From Pseudomonas aeruginosa PAO1 (GTDB lineage Bacteria > Pseudomonadota > Gammaproteobacteria > Pseudomonadales > Pseudomonadaceae), in NCBI RefSeq assembly GCF_000006765.1, contig NC_002516.2: a stretch of DNA of 64,000 nucleotides, one strand, 5' to 3'. The position numbers and the translations under genes were made by a program. Positions 39,425 through 49,331 of this stretch are shown here, in pieces; position 1 is the first letter of the stretch, and each line of letters opens with the position of its first letter. Below the pieces are notes generated by a model that saw only the letters and a list, made by a program, of their open reading frames with translations, was not told the origin of the DNA and did no database searches.

Positions 39425-42132
39425 AGCGTGCGCTCCCGGTCGGCGGCCGACGCCGGGCGACATGCCAGTTGCAGGACGGGAGGCGTCGTCTCGCGCGGGC
39501 CCAACGCATAGTCGACCAGGCACTGCTGCTGCGGCTCGTTGCCCCAGCGCACCCGAACCGAGCCGCGATCCTGCTCGACCCGCAGCACCAGGCGGCTGCC
39601 CTGGCCGACGGCGCCCACCGACTGCCCGCTGTGGGCATCGAGCACTTCCGCGGCGAACGGCAGGGGCTCGCCGCTGGGCATCCGGCTATCCACCAGCAAG
39701 GGCCTTGCCACCCGCGTCGGATAGTCGAGGCGCACCACCGCTCCGGCGGTGGGCGCCACGTTGCGCGAACTGGACCTCAGTTCGATCTCGTCGGCCATGC
39801 CGTTGGGGTCGAGGTCGACGCTGTTCAACTGGTAGGGCAGCAGGTTGGGAATCACCGCATAGCCGTGGCGGTCGATCCGGCTTCCCGAGTAGCCGGCAGC
39901 CGCGCCCCTGGCATTTGGCGCGTGGACCAGGCCGATCGTCTCGCCCAGGGTTTGTGCCGCGGTGATCCCGCCGCTGTGCGCGACCAGGCCCCCCGCGGCC
40001 TTGACCGACAACTGCCGATAGCCCGGTCCCTGCGAGAGGCTGGAGCCGAGTTCGACCTGCGGCAGTCGATAGTCGAGGCTGGCGCTCTTCGAGGTCTGCC
40101 GGCTGTCGCGGTCATGGGAGGCCGACAGCGAGTAGGAGGCCTCGCCACGCTTGCCCAGCATGCCGGAAACCCCGCTGGTGAGCTGGGTTCCGCTGTTGCT
40201 GTCGCGGGTCAGGTAGCTGCTCAGGGTCGGCGACCCGCGTCCAGCGCCGCCGAGCGGAATGGACAGGTTCAGGCTGAACAGCGTGCTGGTCTCGCCGCGC
40301 CTGTCACCGCTGGAAAAGCCTTCGTACTGGCTGCGCAGGCGTTGCGCGGAAATGGAGTAACTGACGTCGCGCCACTGGTTGCTGTAGCCGACGGAGAAGT
40401 TGACCGCCCGCCCGCCGCCGCTCCAGTAGCGCTGCGAGGAGCCGTTCAGGTAAAGGTTGCCGCCGTTGCCCAGTTGCTGGCTGATGTTGGCGTCGAGACG
40501 ATTGCGCAAGCGCGAGAACGACTCCAGCGGCTCGCCTCGCTCTACCCGGTCCTGCATGAAGGCCGCGTCGCGCAGGCCGAGATAGCCACCGGTGGAGTAA
40601 CGATAGGCGAGCAGCGAAAAGTTGGTGCCGGTGTTCGGCAGGTTCTTGCTGTAGGCGAGACGGTAGCTGGAGCCGCTAAGGCGGTCGTCGCCGGGAACCT
40701 CGGTACGCGCCAGCGTCACGTCACCGGAGAATCCGCCCACCGGCGTGTTCAGCGCCGCGCCCATCAACCCGGACATGTAGCTGCCGGTGAAGGCCCCGCC
40801 CGCGTATGCGGTGACGTCGTTGCCCAGGCCGCGCTGGTAGACGCCCTGCAGCATGTTCGGCCGACGCTCCAGGCTGGGATCGTTGAGCCGCCCGGCCGTC
40901 AGGCTGTAGCGCGTGGTCCCGGGGCGCAGCAGTTGTACGGTGGTGGCGAACGGCACGATGAAACTGCGGACTTCCCCGCTGGCTTCGGTCACCCGCACTT
41001 CCAGGTCCCCGCCATAGCTGGCGGTCTGCAGTTCGTCGAGAGCGAACGCCCCGGGTGCCACCGTGGTTTCGTAGATGAGGTAGCCGCGCTGGTAGACCGA
41101 TACCCGCGCATTGGTACTGGCGGTCCCACGGACCACCGGAGCGTAGTAGCGCAGCGAATCCGGCAGCATCCGGTCATCGCTGGATAGCTGCACTCCACGG
41201 AAGGACACCGCATCGAAGAACTCGCTGCTGGTGGAGTTTTCTCCCAGCAATAACTGCGCACGCCAGGCCGGCAGGTCGGTCTGCACATAGGTTGCGCTAC
41301 GCTGGTAATGGCTGCCCATGCGGCGCGACCAGGTGGCCGTGCCGTTGTGGCGCAGGCGCGCCCGCCCGAAATTGAAGCCGGCGTTCATCCCGGCATAGCC
41401 GCTGGTGGCGCTCCTGCCGTGGTTTTCCCTGACGTGGAGATTGCTGTTGTAGTTGAGCAAGGCGGCGGAAATGCCGCTGTCCCAGCTCGCCGGATCGACA
41501 TAGGTCTTCGAAGAATCCAGGCTCAGGTAATAGCTGGGCACCGAGACATAGATCGACTGCTCGGCGATATCGAGCTTGACCCGGGCCCCCGGCACATAGC
41601 GCTCGAGAGGGTCGCAGTGCAAACCTTCGGGCAGAGGATCGCGAGCCGAGGAACGGTCCTGGCCACGCGCGCTCTTCTCCAGGTCGATGCCCGCCCGCTC
41701 CAGCAGGCCCCGGTCGTAGCAGAAGACCGCGCTTTCCCGCCCCGGCTGGCGGCGCAGCTCGACTTCCTCGACGCCACGCCATCGGCTGTTGAGCAGCAGG
41801 TCGAGGCGATAGCGGCCTGGCTCGATGACGTCGCCGCGCTCGAAACGCGACGTATCGATCGAGCGTCCGCCCGGCCCCAGGGCCAGCATCTGCGCGTCGA
41901 AGACGATCCGCCGCGACGGTGCGTCCAACCCGCCGGCCGGTGACGCAACGGCCACCGCGGGCGCCTGCGGCTGTTTCGCCGGTGCTCCCGCCCTGGCCTC
42001 CTTCGCTTTCGCCCCGGCTACGCCGGCGGCGCCGACGGAGGACCAGGACTGGCAGGAGGACAGCGAAGGAAACAGTGCCAGCAGACAGGCGAATCGCAGG
42101 GAACGAACGGCGATCCCTCCCTGTATCGCCAT
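39421..42132 (-). CDS. cupB3: Outer membrane usher CupB3 (start uncertain: 42132 or 41955)
   Basis: DTSRFERG, PGRYRLDLLLN, WDSGISAALLNY, FRGVQLSSDDRMLP and GAVVRLDY usher motifs. Confidence 0.92.
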   Translation of the reverse strand: MAIQGGIAVRSLRFACLLALFPSLSSCQSWSSVGAAGVAGAKAKEARAGAPAKQPQAPAVAVASPAGGLDAPSRRIVFDAQMLALGPGGRSIDTSRFERGDVIEPGRYRLDLLLNSRWRGVEEVELRRQPGRESAVFCYDRGLLERAGIDLEKSARGQDRSSARDPLPEGLHCDPLERYVPGARVKLDIAEQSIYVSVPSYYLSLDSSKTYVDPASWDSGISAALLNYNSNLHVRENHGRSATSGYAGMNAGFNFGRARLRHNGTATWSRRMGSHYQRSATYVQTDLPAWRAQLLLGENSTSSEFFDAVSFRGVQLSSDDRMLPDSLRYYAPVVRGTASTNARVSVYQRGYLIYETTVAPGAFALDELQTASYGGDLEVRVTEASGEVRSFIVPFATTVQLLRPGTTRYSLTAGRLNDPSLERRPNMLQGVYQRGLGNDVTAYAGGAFTGSYMSGLMGAALNTPVGGFSGDVTLARTEVPGDDRLSGSSYRLAYSKNLPNTGTNFSLLAYRYSTGGYLGLRDAAFMQDRVERGEPLESFSRLRNRLDANISQQLGNGGNLYLNGSSQRYWSGGGRAVNFSVGYSNQWRDVSYSISAQRLRSQYEGFSSGDRRGETSTLFSLNLSIPLGGAGRGSPTLSSYLTRDSNSGTQLTSGVSGMLGKRGEASYSLSASHDRDSRQTSKSASLDYRLPQVELGSSLSQGPGYRQLSVKAAGGLVAHSGGITAAQTLGETIGLVHAPNARGAAAGYSGSRIDRHGYAVIPNLLPYQLNSVDLDPNGMADEIELRSSSRNVAPTAGAVVRLDYPTRVARPLLVDSRMPSGEPLPFAAEVLDAHSGQSVGAVGQGSRLVLRVEQDRGSVRVRWGNEPQQQCLVDYALGPRETTPPVLQLACRPASAADRERTL

Positions 42133-42276
42133 TCGCAACAGGGCGACCTGCCCACCGTAAGCGGGAGCGGACAAGCACCTATGAAGAGAAACTTTGGGCA
42201 TATGTAATCCCTGCAGCGATTTTAAAATCGCCACTCATATGTCGGGCCGTAAGTAAAAAGCGGGGAAACGGAGGGG

Positions 42277-43023
42277 TTATTTGCCGAGTGCCCTATCGTG
42301 GGTATTGCGGCCACCGTAATCGTTGATGACTTCGTATCTGACGGAAGCGGCTTCCATGTTCTTCGGATTTCCCTGCCAGTCGAACTCCTTCGTCGAGAAT
42401 GGCGCGACCATTCCCTTTCCCACGGACATGACACGGCCATCGACAATCAATTCGACGCTGGCGAACGAAACGTAGTAAGGCGTCGGATTATTTACCTGTA
42501 CTACGGTCTTTTTTCCTGCTCCCCCTGACTCCAGAAACTTCCATTGAAGTTTCCCGGCAGCCGAATCGACACTCTTCAACTGGCTGGGTCGAAAGAAGAG
42601 TTTGAAGCGCGAACGAAAGGAAAACTGCAATGCATTGTTTTCGTCTTCGTCCCTGGGCGGAACTTCCAGGATATTCAGCCAGAACAGCGATTCGCGATCC
42701 GTCGGCAACGGGGCCTTCAGGTAGGCGATGCGCAATACAGCGCCGCCATTGGGCTCCACTCGCGTCACGGCCGGCGTGACACTGAAGGGAACCTGCAGTT
42801 CCTCGGGGGGAACGTCCTGCCGGCCATCGTCGATCCAGGCTTGCGCCAGCACGGGAGTGCCGGAGGTATTGCTGACCCGCAAGGTGACCTCGCGCTCGCT
42901 GGCCGGAAAGACGACGCGAGTGCCCTGTGCGATCAGCCCGGCGTGAGCCGTTCCGACGCACAGGGCGATGGCCACGGCGCTTGCCGCCACGAAAGAATGA
43001 AAACGATGCATTAGCGGCGCCAT
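42277..43023 (-). CDS. cupB2: Periplasmic fimbrial chaperone CupB2
   Basis: GTRVVF, DRESLFWLNILEVPP, KLFFRP and NPTPYYVSF motifs. Confidence 0.93.
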   Translation of the reverse strand: MAPLMHRFHSFVAASAVAIALCVGTAHAGLIAQGTRVVFPASEREVTLRVSNTSGTPVLAQAWIDDGRQDVPPEELQVPFSVTPAVTRVEPNGGAVLRIAYLKAPLPTDRESLFWLNILEVPPRDEDENNALQFSFRSRFKLFFRPSQLKSVDSAAGKLQWKFLESGGAGKKTVVQVNNPTPYYVSFASVELIVDGRVMSVGKGMVAPFSTKEFDWQGNPKNMEAASVRYEVINDYGGRNTHDRALGK

Positions 43024-43053
43024 GGCCTCACCTCTTCGTCCGTCGACCGCCGC

Positions 43054-43623
43054 TTACTCGTACGCCAGGAGGTAGCGAATACGGGACAGGCCGGTACCCG
43101 CGGTCACGGCCTTCTCGGTGGACACATAGGAGGCCTTGTACTTCAGGGTCGCCGTGTTCTTCACGACGGTTGCCTTCTGCGGGGCGGCCTCGACCAAGCC
43201 CAGCGGGATCTTCGTGGTGTTGGTCGCCGAATTGTTGAAGATCTGGATCTGCACGCCCTTGGCTTCCGACGGCCCCATCAGCATCAGGTTGCCGCTGATA
43301 CGGTCGACGTTGGTGACCTGATCGAAGGCGATGGAAACCTTCTTGTCATTGGTGCAGCCGGCACCGGAGAGGACCAGATCGAACTCCTGGAAAGTGGAGT
43401 TGGTTCCGACGGCGGTGAAATGGGTCGGCGCCACGATACCCAGGTCGACGTTGGTGACGTTGCCCGCACCCGGCGCCTGGCCGTTGATATCGCACGCGAC
43501 TTCGGTGATGTTGCCCGAGAAGTTGACGATCCCATCGACCGCATGGGCCACGGGGGACATCAGCGCGAGAAGGGTGCCCGACGCAACGAGGGGCGCAAGA
43601 ATTGCACGTTTGAACTTGTTCAT
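43054..43623 (-). CDS. cupB1: Major fimbrial subunit CupB1
   Basis: Signal peptide, VNFSGNITEVAC, Cys pair, C-terminal YLLAYE. Confidence 0.92.
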   Translation of the reverse strand: MNKFKRAILAPLVASGTLLALMSPVAHAVDGIVNFSGNITEVACDINGQAPGAGNVTNVDLGIVAPTHFTAVGTNSTFQEFDLVLSGAGCTNDKKVSIAFDQVTNVDRISGNLMLMGPSEAKGVQIQIFNNSATNTTKIPLGLVEAAPQKATVVKNTATLKYKASYVSTEKAVTAGTGLSRIRYLLAYE

Positions 43624-44095
43624 CTGATTTCCTTTGGAGTTGTGGAACATCCTGGCTGCTCCCTGGAGAGCCGATGCAGTACGAACCGGCCAAGGTAGCC
43701 AAGCCTTTGCGCGCAACCGGAACGGCCGCCTAGAGCGCCTCCGACCATTACGCGACAGCCGAAGATTGCGCCCTGATAAACGCAGACCCAAATACTAGAA
43801 AGAAAGACAGGATTTAAAAATAATAATCATACGAAAATATATGTAGTCCATTTCCTACAACAGCCAACAAGCACATAAGAATAAATTCAGAAAATGCTTA
43901 TAGAAGAACAGGAACCCATTAACTAAAAAACCAAAAAAAAGAAGAAACGAAAACTCATCTAAGACTTCACCTTCGATAACTTTCCCTTCGCCGCTCCGTG
44001 CTATTTCCGTGGCATATCGACCTATCAACCATCCGGTCGATATCGGGATACTCGAAGACAGGCCAGCATGGGTTTCCCACGACGAGGAGAACCCT

Positions 44096-44920
44096 ATGTC
44101 CGCCCACTCGCATTCCGGATGGATCACCGTCGGCGCCCTGGCCGACGGCTTCGCCCCGGACAACCACGTCCTTCCCGCCTGCGGCGATCTCGCCGGGCTC
44201 GAACGGGTCCTGCACTTCGCCAACGGCTGGGTCATCGAACATGCCTTCGACTCGCAGCGCCTGCGCTGGCGCCTGGCCGACGGCAGTGCCAGCGGCGAGT
44301 CGGACTACCGCGCCAGTTCACTGCGGGAAAACCTTTACCTGGTGGATTTCCTCAAGCAGGAAAACGGCCGGCCGGTCTCGGTCAGCCTGGTGCTGGACTT
44401 CGACAACCAGGCGTTCACCGCGGTGCTCGGCCATCTGCCCGACCGCGCGGCCTGCGAACAGGGCCTGTTCGCCCGGGCCCTGGCCGGCCGGGAACTGACC
44501 GGCGTGGAGGCCGAGTTCCTGCATGGCAGCCTCGACCGCCCGTGGCAGCCCGGCGCCTGCCCGCACGTCCCCAGCGACGAGTTGGTCGGCCTGCGCAACC
44601 GCTACGTCTACAGCGCCAGCGAGGCCTACGAACACATCTACCTCAATCCCGCCTTCTACACCTGGCAATGCCTGCGCGGCGCCGAGCGAGGGCTGGCCGA
44701 TACCGACCGCTGCCACTGCTACCGACTGGCCGAACGCCTGTACCTGTTCGTCTGGCGCGAGAAGATCGTGCCGACCCTCGGCGTGCTGCTGATCGACCTG
44801 GAAGCCGGGCGCACCGACGGCAAGATCTTCGGCTACCAGGACGACGACTTCGCCACCCCGGTGAACTTCCCGGTCGGCGCCCTGGCCCAGGTGCTCAACC
44901 AGACCCGCCACGACCTGTGA
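44096..44920 (+). CDS. MoaF-like tandem beta-barrel protein (PA4087)
   Basis: Two related halves (ENLYLVDF; ERLYLFVWREKIVP); YEHIYLN motif. Confidence 0.8.
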   Translation: MSAHSHSGWITVGALADGFAPDNHVLPACGDLAGLERVLHFANGWVIEHAFDSQRLRWRLADGSASGESDYRASSLRENLYLVDFLKQENGRPVSVSLVLDFDNQAFTAVLGHLPDRAACEQGLFARALAGRELTGVEAEFLHGSLDRPWQPGACPHVPSDELVGLRNRYVYSASEAYEHIYLNPAFYTWQCLRGAERGLADTDRCHCYRLAERLYLFVWREKIVPTLGVLLIDLEAGRTDGKIFGYQDDDFATPVNFPVGALAQVLNQTRHDL

Positions 44921-44928
44921 GGACGCCC

Positions 44929-46314
44929 ATGGACACCACCTTCGGCCTCGACCTGGCCCGCGTCGAAACGCTGTTCAAGCGCGAGCTGCGACGCTTCGAC
45001 GAACTGCATCCGCGCTCCGCCCAGGCCTACCGGGAAAACCGCCGCCACTGGCTATACGGCGCACCGCTGCACTGGATGCAACAGTGGCCGGGCAACTGCC
45101 CGCTGCTGGTGAAGGAGGCCCAGGGCGCGCGCGTCACCGACATCGATGGCCAGCAGTACGTCGACTTCGCCCTCGGCGATAGCGGCGCCATGTTCGGCCA
45201 CGCCCAACCGGCGGTGGCCGACGCCATCGCCCGCCAGGCGCGGCGCGGCTCGACCCTGATGCTGCCGACCGAGGACAGCCTGTGGGTCGGCGCCGAACTG
45301 GCGCGGCGCTTCGGCCTGCCCTATTGGCAGGTGACCACCTCGGCCACCGACGCCAACCGTTTCGTCCTGCGCCTGTGCCGGATGCTCAGCGGACGCGACA
45401 AGGTGGTGGTGTTCAACTGCAACTACCACGGCAGCGTCGACGAATCGCAGGTGGAATTCGACGCCGCCGGGCGCATGGTTCCGCGCGCGGGCGTTCACCC
45501 CAATGGCGTACGCCACGCCACCACCACCCGCCTGGTGGAATTCAACGACCTCGACGCGCTGGAGGCCGCCCTCGCCCATGGCGACGTCGCCGCGGTGCTC
45601 ACCGAACCCTTCATGACCAACGTCGGCATGGTCCCGCCGGCCGAAGGCTTCCACGCCGGCCTGCGCGAACTGACCCGCCGCCACGACGTGGCGCTGATCA
45701 TCGACGAGACCCACACCATCTCCTGCGGTCCCGCCGGCTATAGCGGCGCGCATGGCCTCGAGCCGGACTTCTTCGTCCTCGGCAAATGCATCGCCGGCGG
45801 CATTCCCAGCGCCGTCTGGGGATGCAGCCAGGCGCAGGCGGAGCGGATCTGGGCGGTACTGCCGCACTTCCGACCGGGGCAGGCGATCAACCATTTCGGC
45901 TTTGGCGGCACCCTGGCCGGCAACGCGCTGCAACTGGCGGCGATGCGCGCGACCTTCGCCGAAGTGATGACGGAGGACGCCTATCGGCACATGTTCCAGC
46001 TCGCCGCGCAGCTCGAGGCGGGCGTCCGCGCGACGCTCGAGGAACTGCGCCTGCCCTGGCACGTGACGCGCATCGGCGCGCGCGTCGAGTACCTGTTCAT
46101 GACCCACGCCCCGCGCAACGGCGGCGAGGCCCACCACGCACGCAACGGCCTGATCGAGGCCTGCCTGCACCTCTACCTGCTCAACCGCGGCGTGCTCTTG
46201 ACGCCATTCCACAACATGGCGCTGACCTGCCCGGCGACCCGCGCGGAGGACGTCGAACTGCACGACCGCCTGCTCCGCGATTGCCTGGGCGAACTGCTGG
46301 AGCGCCCATCGTGA
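44929..46314 (+). CDS. Class III PLP aminotransferase, GSA-aminomutase-like (PA4088)
   Basis: DIDGQQYVDF, YHG, IIDETHT, LGKCIAGG (PLP Lys), GTLAGN. Confidence 0.9.
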   Translation: MDTTFGLDLARVETLFKRELRRFDELHPRSAQAYRENRRHWLYGAPLHWMQQWPGNCPLLVKEAQGARVTDIDGQQYVDFALGDSGAMFGHAQPAVADAIARQARRGSTLMLPTEDSLWVGAELARRFGLPYWQVTTSATDANRFVLRLCRMLSGRDKVVVFNCNYHGSVDESQVEFDAAGRMVPRAGVHPNGVRHATTTRLVEFNDLDALEAALAHGDVAAVLTEPFMTNVGMVPPAEGFHAGLRELTRRHDVALIIDETHTISCGPAGYSGAHGLEPDFFVLGKCIAGGIPSAVWGCSQAQAERIWAVLPHFRPGQAINHFGFGGTLAGNALQLAAMRATFAEVMTEDAYRHMFQLAAQLEAGVRATLEELRLPWHVTRIGARVEYLFMTHAPRNGGEAHHARNGLIEACLHLYLLNRGVLLTPFHNMALTCPATRAEDVELHDRLLRDCLGELLERPS

Positions 46315-47072
46315 GGCGCTTGGAGAACCGCGTCGCACTGGTCACCGGCGCCGGCCAGGGCATCGGCCGGGCCATCGCCGAATGCTTCGCCGCCGAAGGC
46401 GCCAGGGTTCTGCTGGCGACGCGTACCGCCAGCCGCGGCCAGGCCGTCCTGGAGGCGATCCGCCTGGGCGGAGGCACGGCCGAACTGCTGGCCGTCGACC
46501 TGAGCGAGTACGACGCCGCGAGACGAGCGGTGAGCGCGACCCTGGAGCGCTTCGGCCAGTTGGACATCCTCCTGCACAACGCCGCTGCCTTTCCCCAGTG
46601 CGCCCTCGCGGAACTGGACGAAGGCACCCTGGAACGGACCCTGGCGGTGAACCTGAAAAGCTGCTTCCGGCTGACCCAGGCCGCCCTTCCCGCCCTGCGC
46701 CGCAGCGTGGCCGGGCGCGTCCTGGTGACCTCCTCGGTGACCGGCCCGCGCACGGCGATCCCTGGGCTCTCGCACTATGCGGCGAGCAAGGCCGGGGTCA
46801 ACGGTTTCATCCGCGCCGCCGCGCTGGAGCTGGCCGGCGACGGCATCACCGTCAACGGCGTCGAGCCCGGCCTGGTCGCGACTCCGGCGCTGGGCAGCCT
46901 CGGCGACGCCGCCGCGCTGGCCGCGCACATCCCCCTCGGGCGTGTCGGCCAGCCGCTGGACATCGCCCACGCCATGCTCTTCCTCGCCTCCGACGAGGCG
47001 AGCTACATCACCGGGCAGACCCTGGTTGTGGATGGCGGCGCGTTGCTGCCGGAAAACGGCGGGCTGGCCTGA
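46311..47072 (+). CDS. Short-chain dehydrogenase, FabG-like (PA4089)
   Basis: TGAGQGIG, HNAA, YAASKAG, ITGQTLVVDGG. Confidence 0.92.
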   Translation: MRRLENRVALVTGAGQGIGRAIAECFAAEGARVLLATRTASRGQAVLEAIRLGGGTAELLAVDLSEYDAARRAVSATLERFGQLDILLHNAAAFPQCALAELDEGTLERTLAVNLKSCFRLTQAALPALRRSVAGRVLVTSSVTGPRTAIPGLSHYAASKAGVNGFIRAAALELAGDGITVNGVEPGLVATPALGSLGDAAALAAHIPLGRVGQPLDIAHAMLFLASDEASYITGQTLVVDGGALLPENGGLA

Positions 47073-47225
47073 AGCCGCTGGCGTTCGCCCTCTCCCTCCA
47101 GAGAGAGCGCTTTCCGACGTATCCGGCAAACACTTCCGCCGGCTCCGGTAGGGCGCTCGCCCTGTCCCACGGACAAGGGCCGACCATTTGCCGGGCGATT
47201 ATCGAAAGCCCCTGCAAAATGGATG

Positions 47226-47243
47226 AATAAGAATGACTCTCAG
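47226..47243 (+). promoter_or_regulatory. Possible Fur box
   Basis: AATAAGAATGACTCTCAG, an imperfect 7-1-7 repeat upstream of a DUF2218 gene. Confidence 0.4.
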
Positions 47244-47284
47244 CAGGTTAGTATCGGAAATCCCCAACCGAGAGGATTCGCTTC

Positions 47285-47575
47285 ATGTTCCGCTCCACCT
47301 CCCATGTCCGTACCGAATCGGCGGCACGCTACGTCAATCGCCTGTGCAAGCACTGGGGCCACAAGTTCGAAGTCGAACTCACACCCGAGCGCGGCTTCAT
47401 CGACTTCGGCGACTCCAACTGCGAGCTGCTCGCCCACCCCGACCATGTCCTGATGATTCTCAACAGCCCCGACGAGGACAGCCTCGCCCACATGCAGAAC
47501 GTGGTCGCCGATCACCTGCAACGCATGGCCAACAGCGAAAGCCTGGAGATTGCCTGGCAGCCCGCCGAAAGCTGA
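47285..47575 (+). CDS. DUF2218 family protein (PA4090)
   Basis: RYVNRLCKHWGHKF and VVADHLQRMA motifs. Confidence 0.88.
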   Translation: MFRSTSHVRTESAARYVNRLCKHWGHKFEVELTPERGFIDFGDSNCELLAHPDHVLMILNSPDEDSLAHMQNVVADHLQRMANSESLEIAWQPAES

Positions 47576-47737
47576 ACGCGCCGCCACCCGGCCGCCCTTC
47601 GCGGCCGGGCGCCGGGCGTCACGCGGGGCCATGGAAAGTGCAATTCATTCCCCGGAAAAGCCATTCAGCTCGCTCCGCCCCCGTCCCATCATCCCCTCCA
47701 GGCGCTCTCGCGCAGATAACAACAATGACTGGAGACG

Positions 47738-49303
47738 ATGATGAAACCCGAAGATTTCCGTGCCTCTGCCACCCGTCCGTTCACCGGCGAGGAGTACCTC
47801 GCCAGCCTGCGCGACGACCGTGAGATCTACATCTACGGCGACCGCGTCAAGGACGTCACCAGCCACCCCGCCTTCCGCAACGCGGCCGCCTCCATGGCCC
47901 GGCTCTACGACGCCCTGCACGATCCGCAGAGCAAGGAAAAGCTCTGCTGGGAGACCGATACCGGCAACGGCGGCTATACCCACAAGTTCTTCCGCTACGC
48001 GCGCAGCGCCGACGAACTGCGCCAGCAGCGCGACGCCATCGCCGAGTGGTCGCGGCTGACCTACGGCTGGATGGGCCGCACCCCGGACTACAAGGCCGCC
48101 TTCGGCAGCGCCCTCGGCGCCAACCCGGGCTTCTACGGGCGTTTCGAGGACAACGCGAAAACCTGGTACAAGCGCATCCAGGAAGCCTGCCTGTACCTCA
48201 ACCATGCCATCGTCAACCCGCCGATCGACCGCGACAAGCCGGTGGACCAGGTCAAGGACGTGTTCATCTCGGTGGACGAGGAAGTCGACGGCGGCATCGT
48301 CGTCAGCGGCGCCAAGGTGGTCGCCACGAATTCCGCGCTGACCCACTACAACTTCGTCGGCCAGGGTTCGGCGCAACTGCTCGGCGACAACACCGACTTC
48401 GCCCTGATGTTCATCGCGCCGATGAACACCCCCGGCATGAAGCTGATCTGCCGCCCCTCCTACGAACTGGTGGCGGGTATCGCCGGATCGCCGTTCGACT
48501 ACCCGCTGTCCAGCCGTTTCGACGAGAACGACGCGATCCTGGTGATGGACAAGGTGTTCATCCCCTGGGAGAACGTACTGATCTACCGCGACTTCGAGCG
48601 CTGCAAGCAGTGGTTCCCCCAGGGTGGCTTCGGCCGGCTGTTCCCGATGCAGGGCTGCACCCGCCTGGCGGTCAAGCTCGACTTCATCACCGGCGCCCTC
48701 TACAAGGCCCTGCAATGCACCGGCTCCCTGGAGTTCCGCGGCGTGCAGGCGCAGGTCGGCGAAGTGGTGGCCTGGCGCAACCTGTTCTGGTCGCTGACCG
48801 ACGCCATGTACGGCAACGCCAGCGAATGGCACGGCGGCGCCTTCCTGCCCAGCGCCGAGGCCCTGCAGGCCTACCGCGTGCTGGCGCCGCAGGCCTACCC
48901 GGAGATCAAGAAGACCATCGAGCAGGTGGTCGCCAGCGGCCTGATCTACCTGCCCTCCGGCGTTCGCGACCTGCACAATCCGCAACTCGACAAGTATCTC
49001 TCCACCTATTGCCGCGGCTCCGGCGGCATGGGCCACCGGGAGCGGATCAAGATCCTCAAGCTGCTCTGGGACGCCATCGGCAGCGAGTTCGGCGGCCGCC
49101 ACGAGCTGTACGAGATCAACTACGCCGGCAGCCAGGACGAGATCCGCATGCAGGCCCTGCGCCAGGCGATCGGCAGCGGGGCGATGAAGGGCATGCTCGG
49201 CATGGTCGAGCAGTGCATGGGCGACTACGACGAGAACGGCTGGACCGTGCCGCACCTGCACAACCCGGACGACATCAACGTGCTCGATCGCATCCGCCAA
49301 TGA
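47738..49303 (+). CDS. hpaA: 4-hydroxyphenylacetate 3-monooxygenase oxygenase component (HpaB type; named hpaA in PAO1)
   Basis: EEYLASLRDDREIY, GWMGRTPDYK, SRFDENDA and FGGRHELYE motifs. Confidence 0.96.
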   Translation: MMKPEDFRASATRPFTGEEYLASLRDDREIYIYGDRVKDVTSHPAFRNAAASMARLYDALHDPQSKEKLCWETDTGNGGYTHKFFRYARSADELRQQRDAIAEWSRLTYGWMGRTPDYKAAFGSALGANPGFYGRFEDNAKTWYKRIQEACLYLNHAIVNPPIDRDKPVDQVKDVFISVDEEVDGGIVVSGAKVVATNSALTHYNFVGQGSAQLLGDNTDFALMFIAPMNTPGMKLICRPSYELVAGIAGSPFDYPLSSRFDENDAILVMDKVFIPWENVLIYRDFERCKQWFPQGGFGRLFPMQGCTRLAVKLDFITGALYKALQCTGSLEFRGVQAQVGEVVAWRNLFWSLTDAMYGNASEWHGGAFLPSAEALQAYRVLAPQAYPEIKKTIEQVVASGLIYLPSGVRDLHNPQLDKYLSTYCRGSGGMGHRERIKILKLLWDAIGSEFGGRHELYEINYAGSQDEIRMQALRQAIGSGAMKGMLGMVEQCMGDYDENGWTVPHLHNPDDINVLDRIRQ

Positions 49304-49331
49304 CGCCCGCGTCGCCTCGGAGGTTATCCCC

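Noticed and set aside
35621-39511. 1296-aa plus-strand ORF and similar long antisense ORFs elsewhere (e.g. 6662-8545, 25071-27527, 59844-62282)
   Set aside because: Stop-poor reverse frames of real high-GC genes; low-complexity sequence without motifs
33650-44000. cupB cluster as an active mobile island
   Set aside because: AT-rich flanks suggest old horizontal acquisition, but no integrase, transposase, tRNA or att repeats are visible
44096-44920. Molybdenum cofactor biosynthesis role for the MoaF-like gene
   Set aside because: No moa or moe genes nearby; the family name is not evidence of that function
44929-46314. hemL assignment
   Set aside because: Only family-level similarity; no heme context and divergent N-terminus
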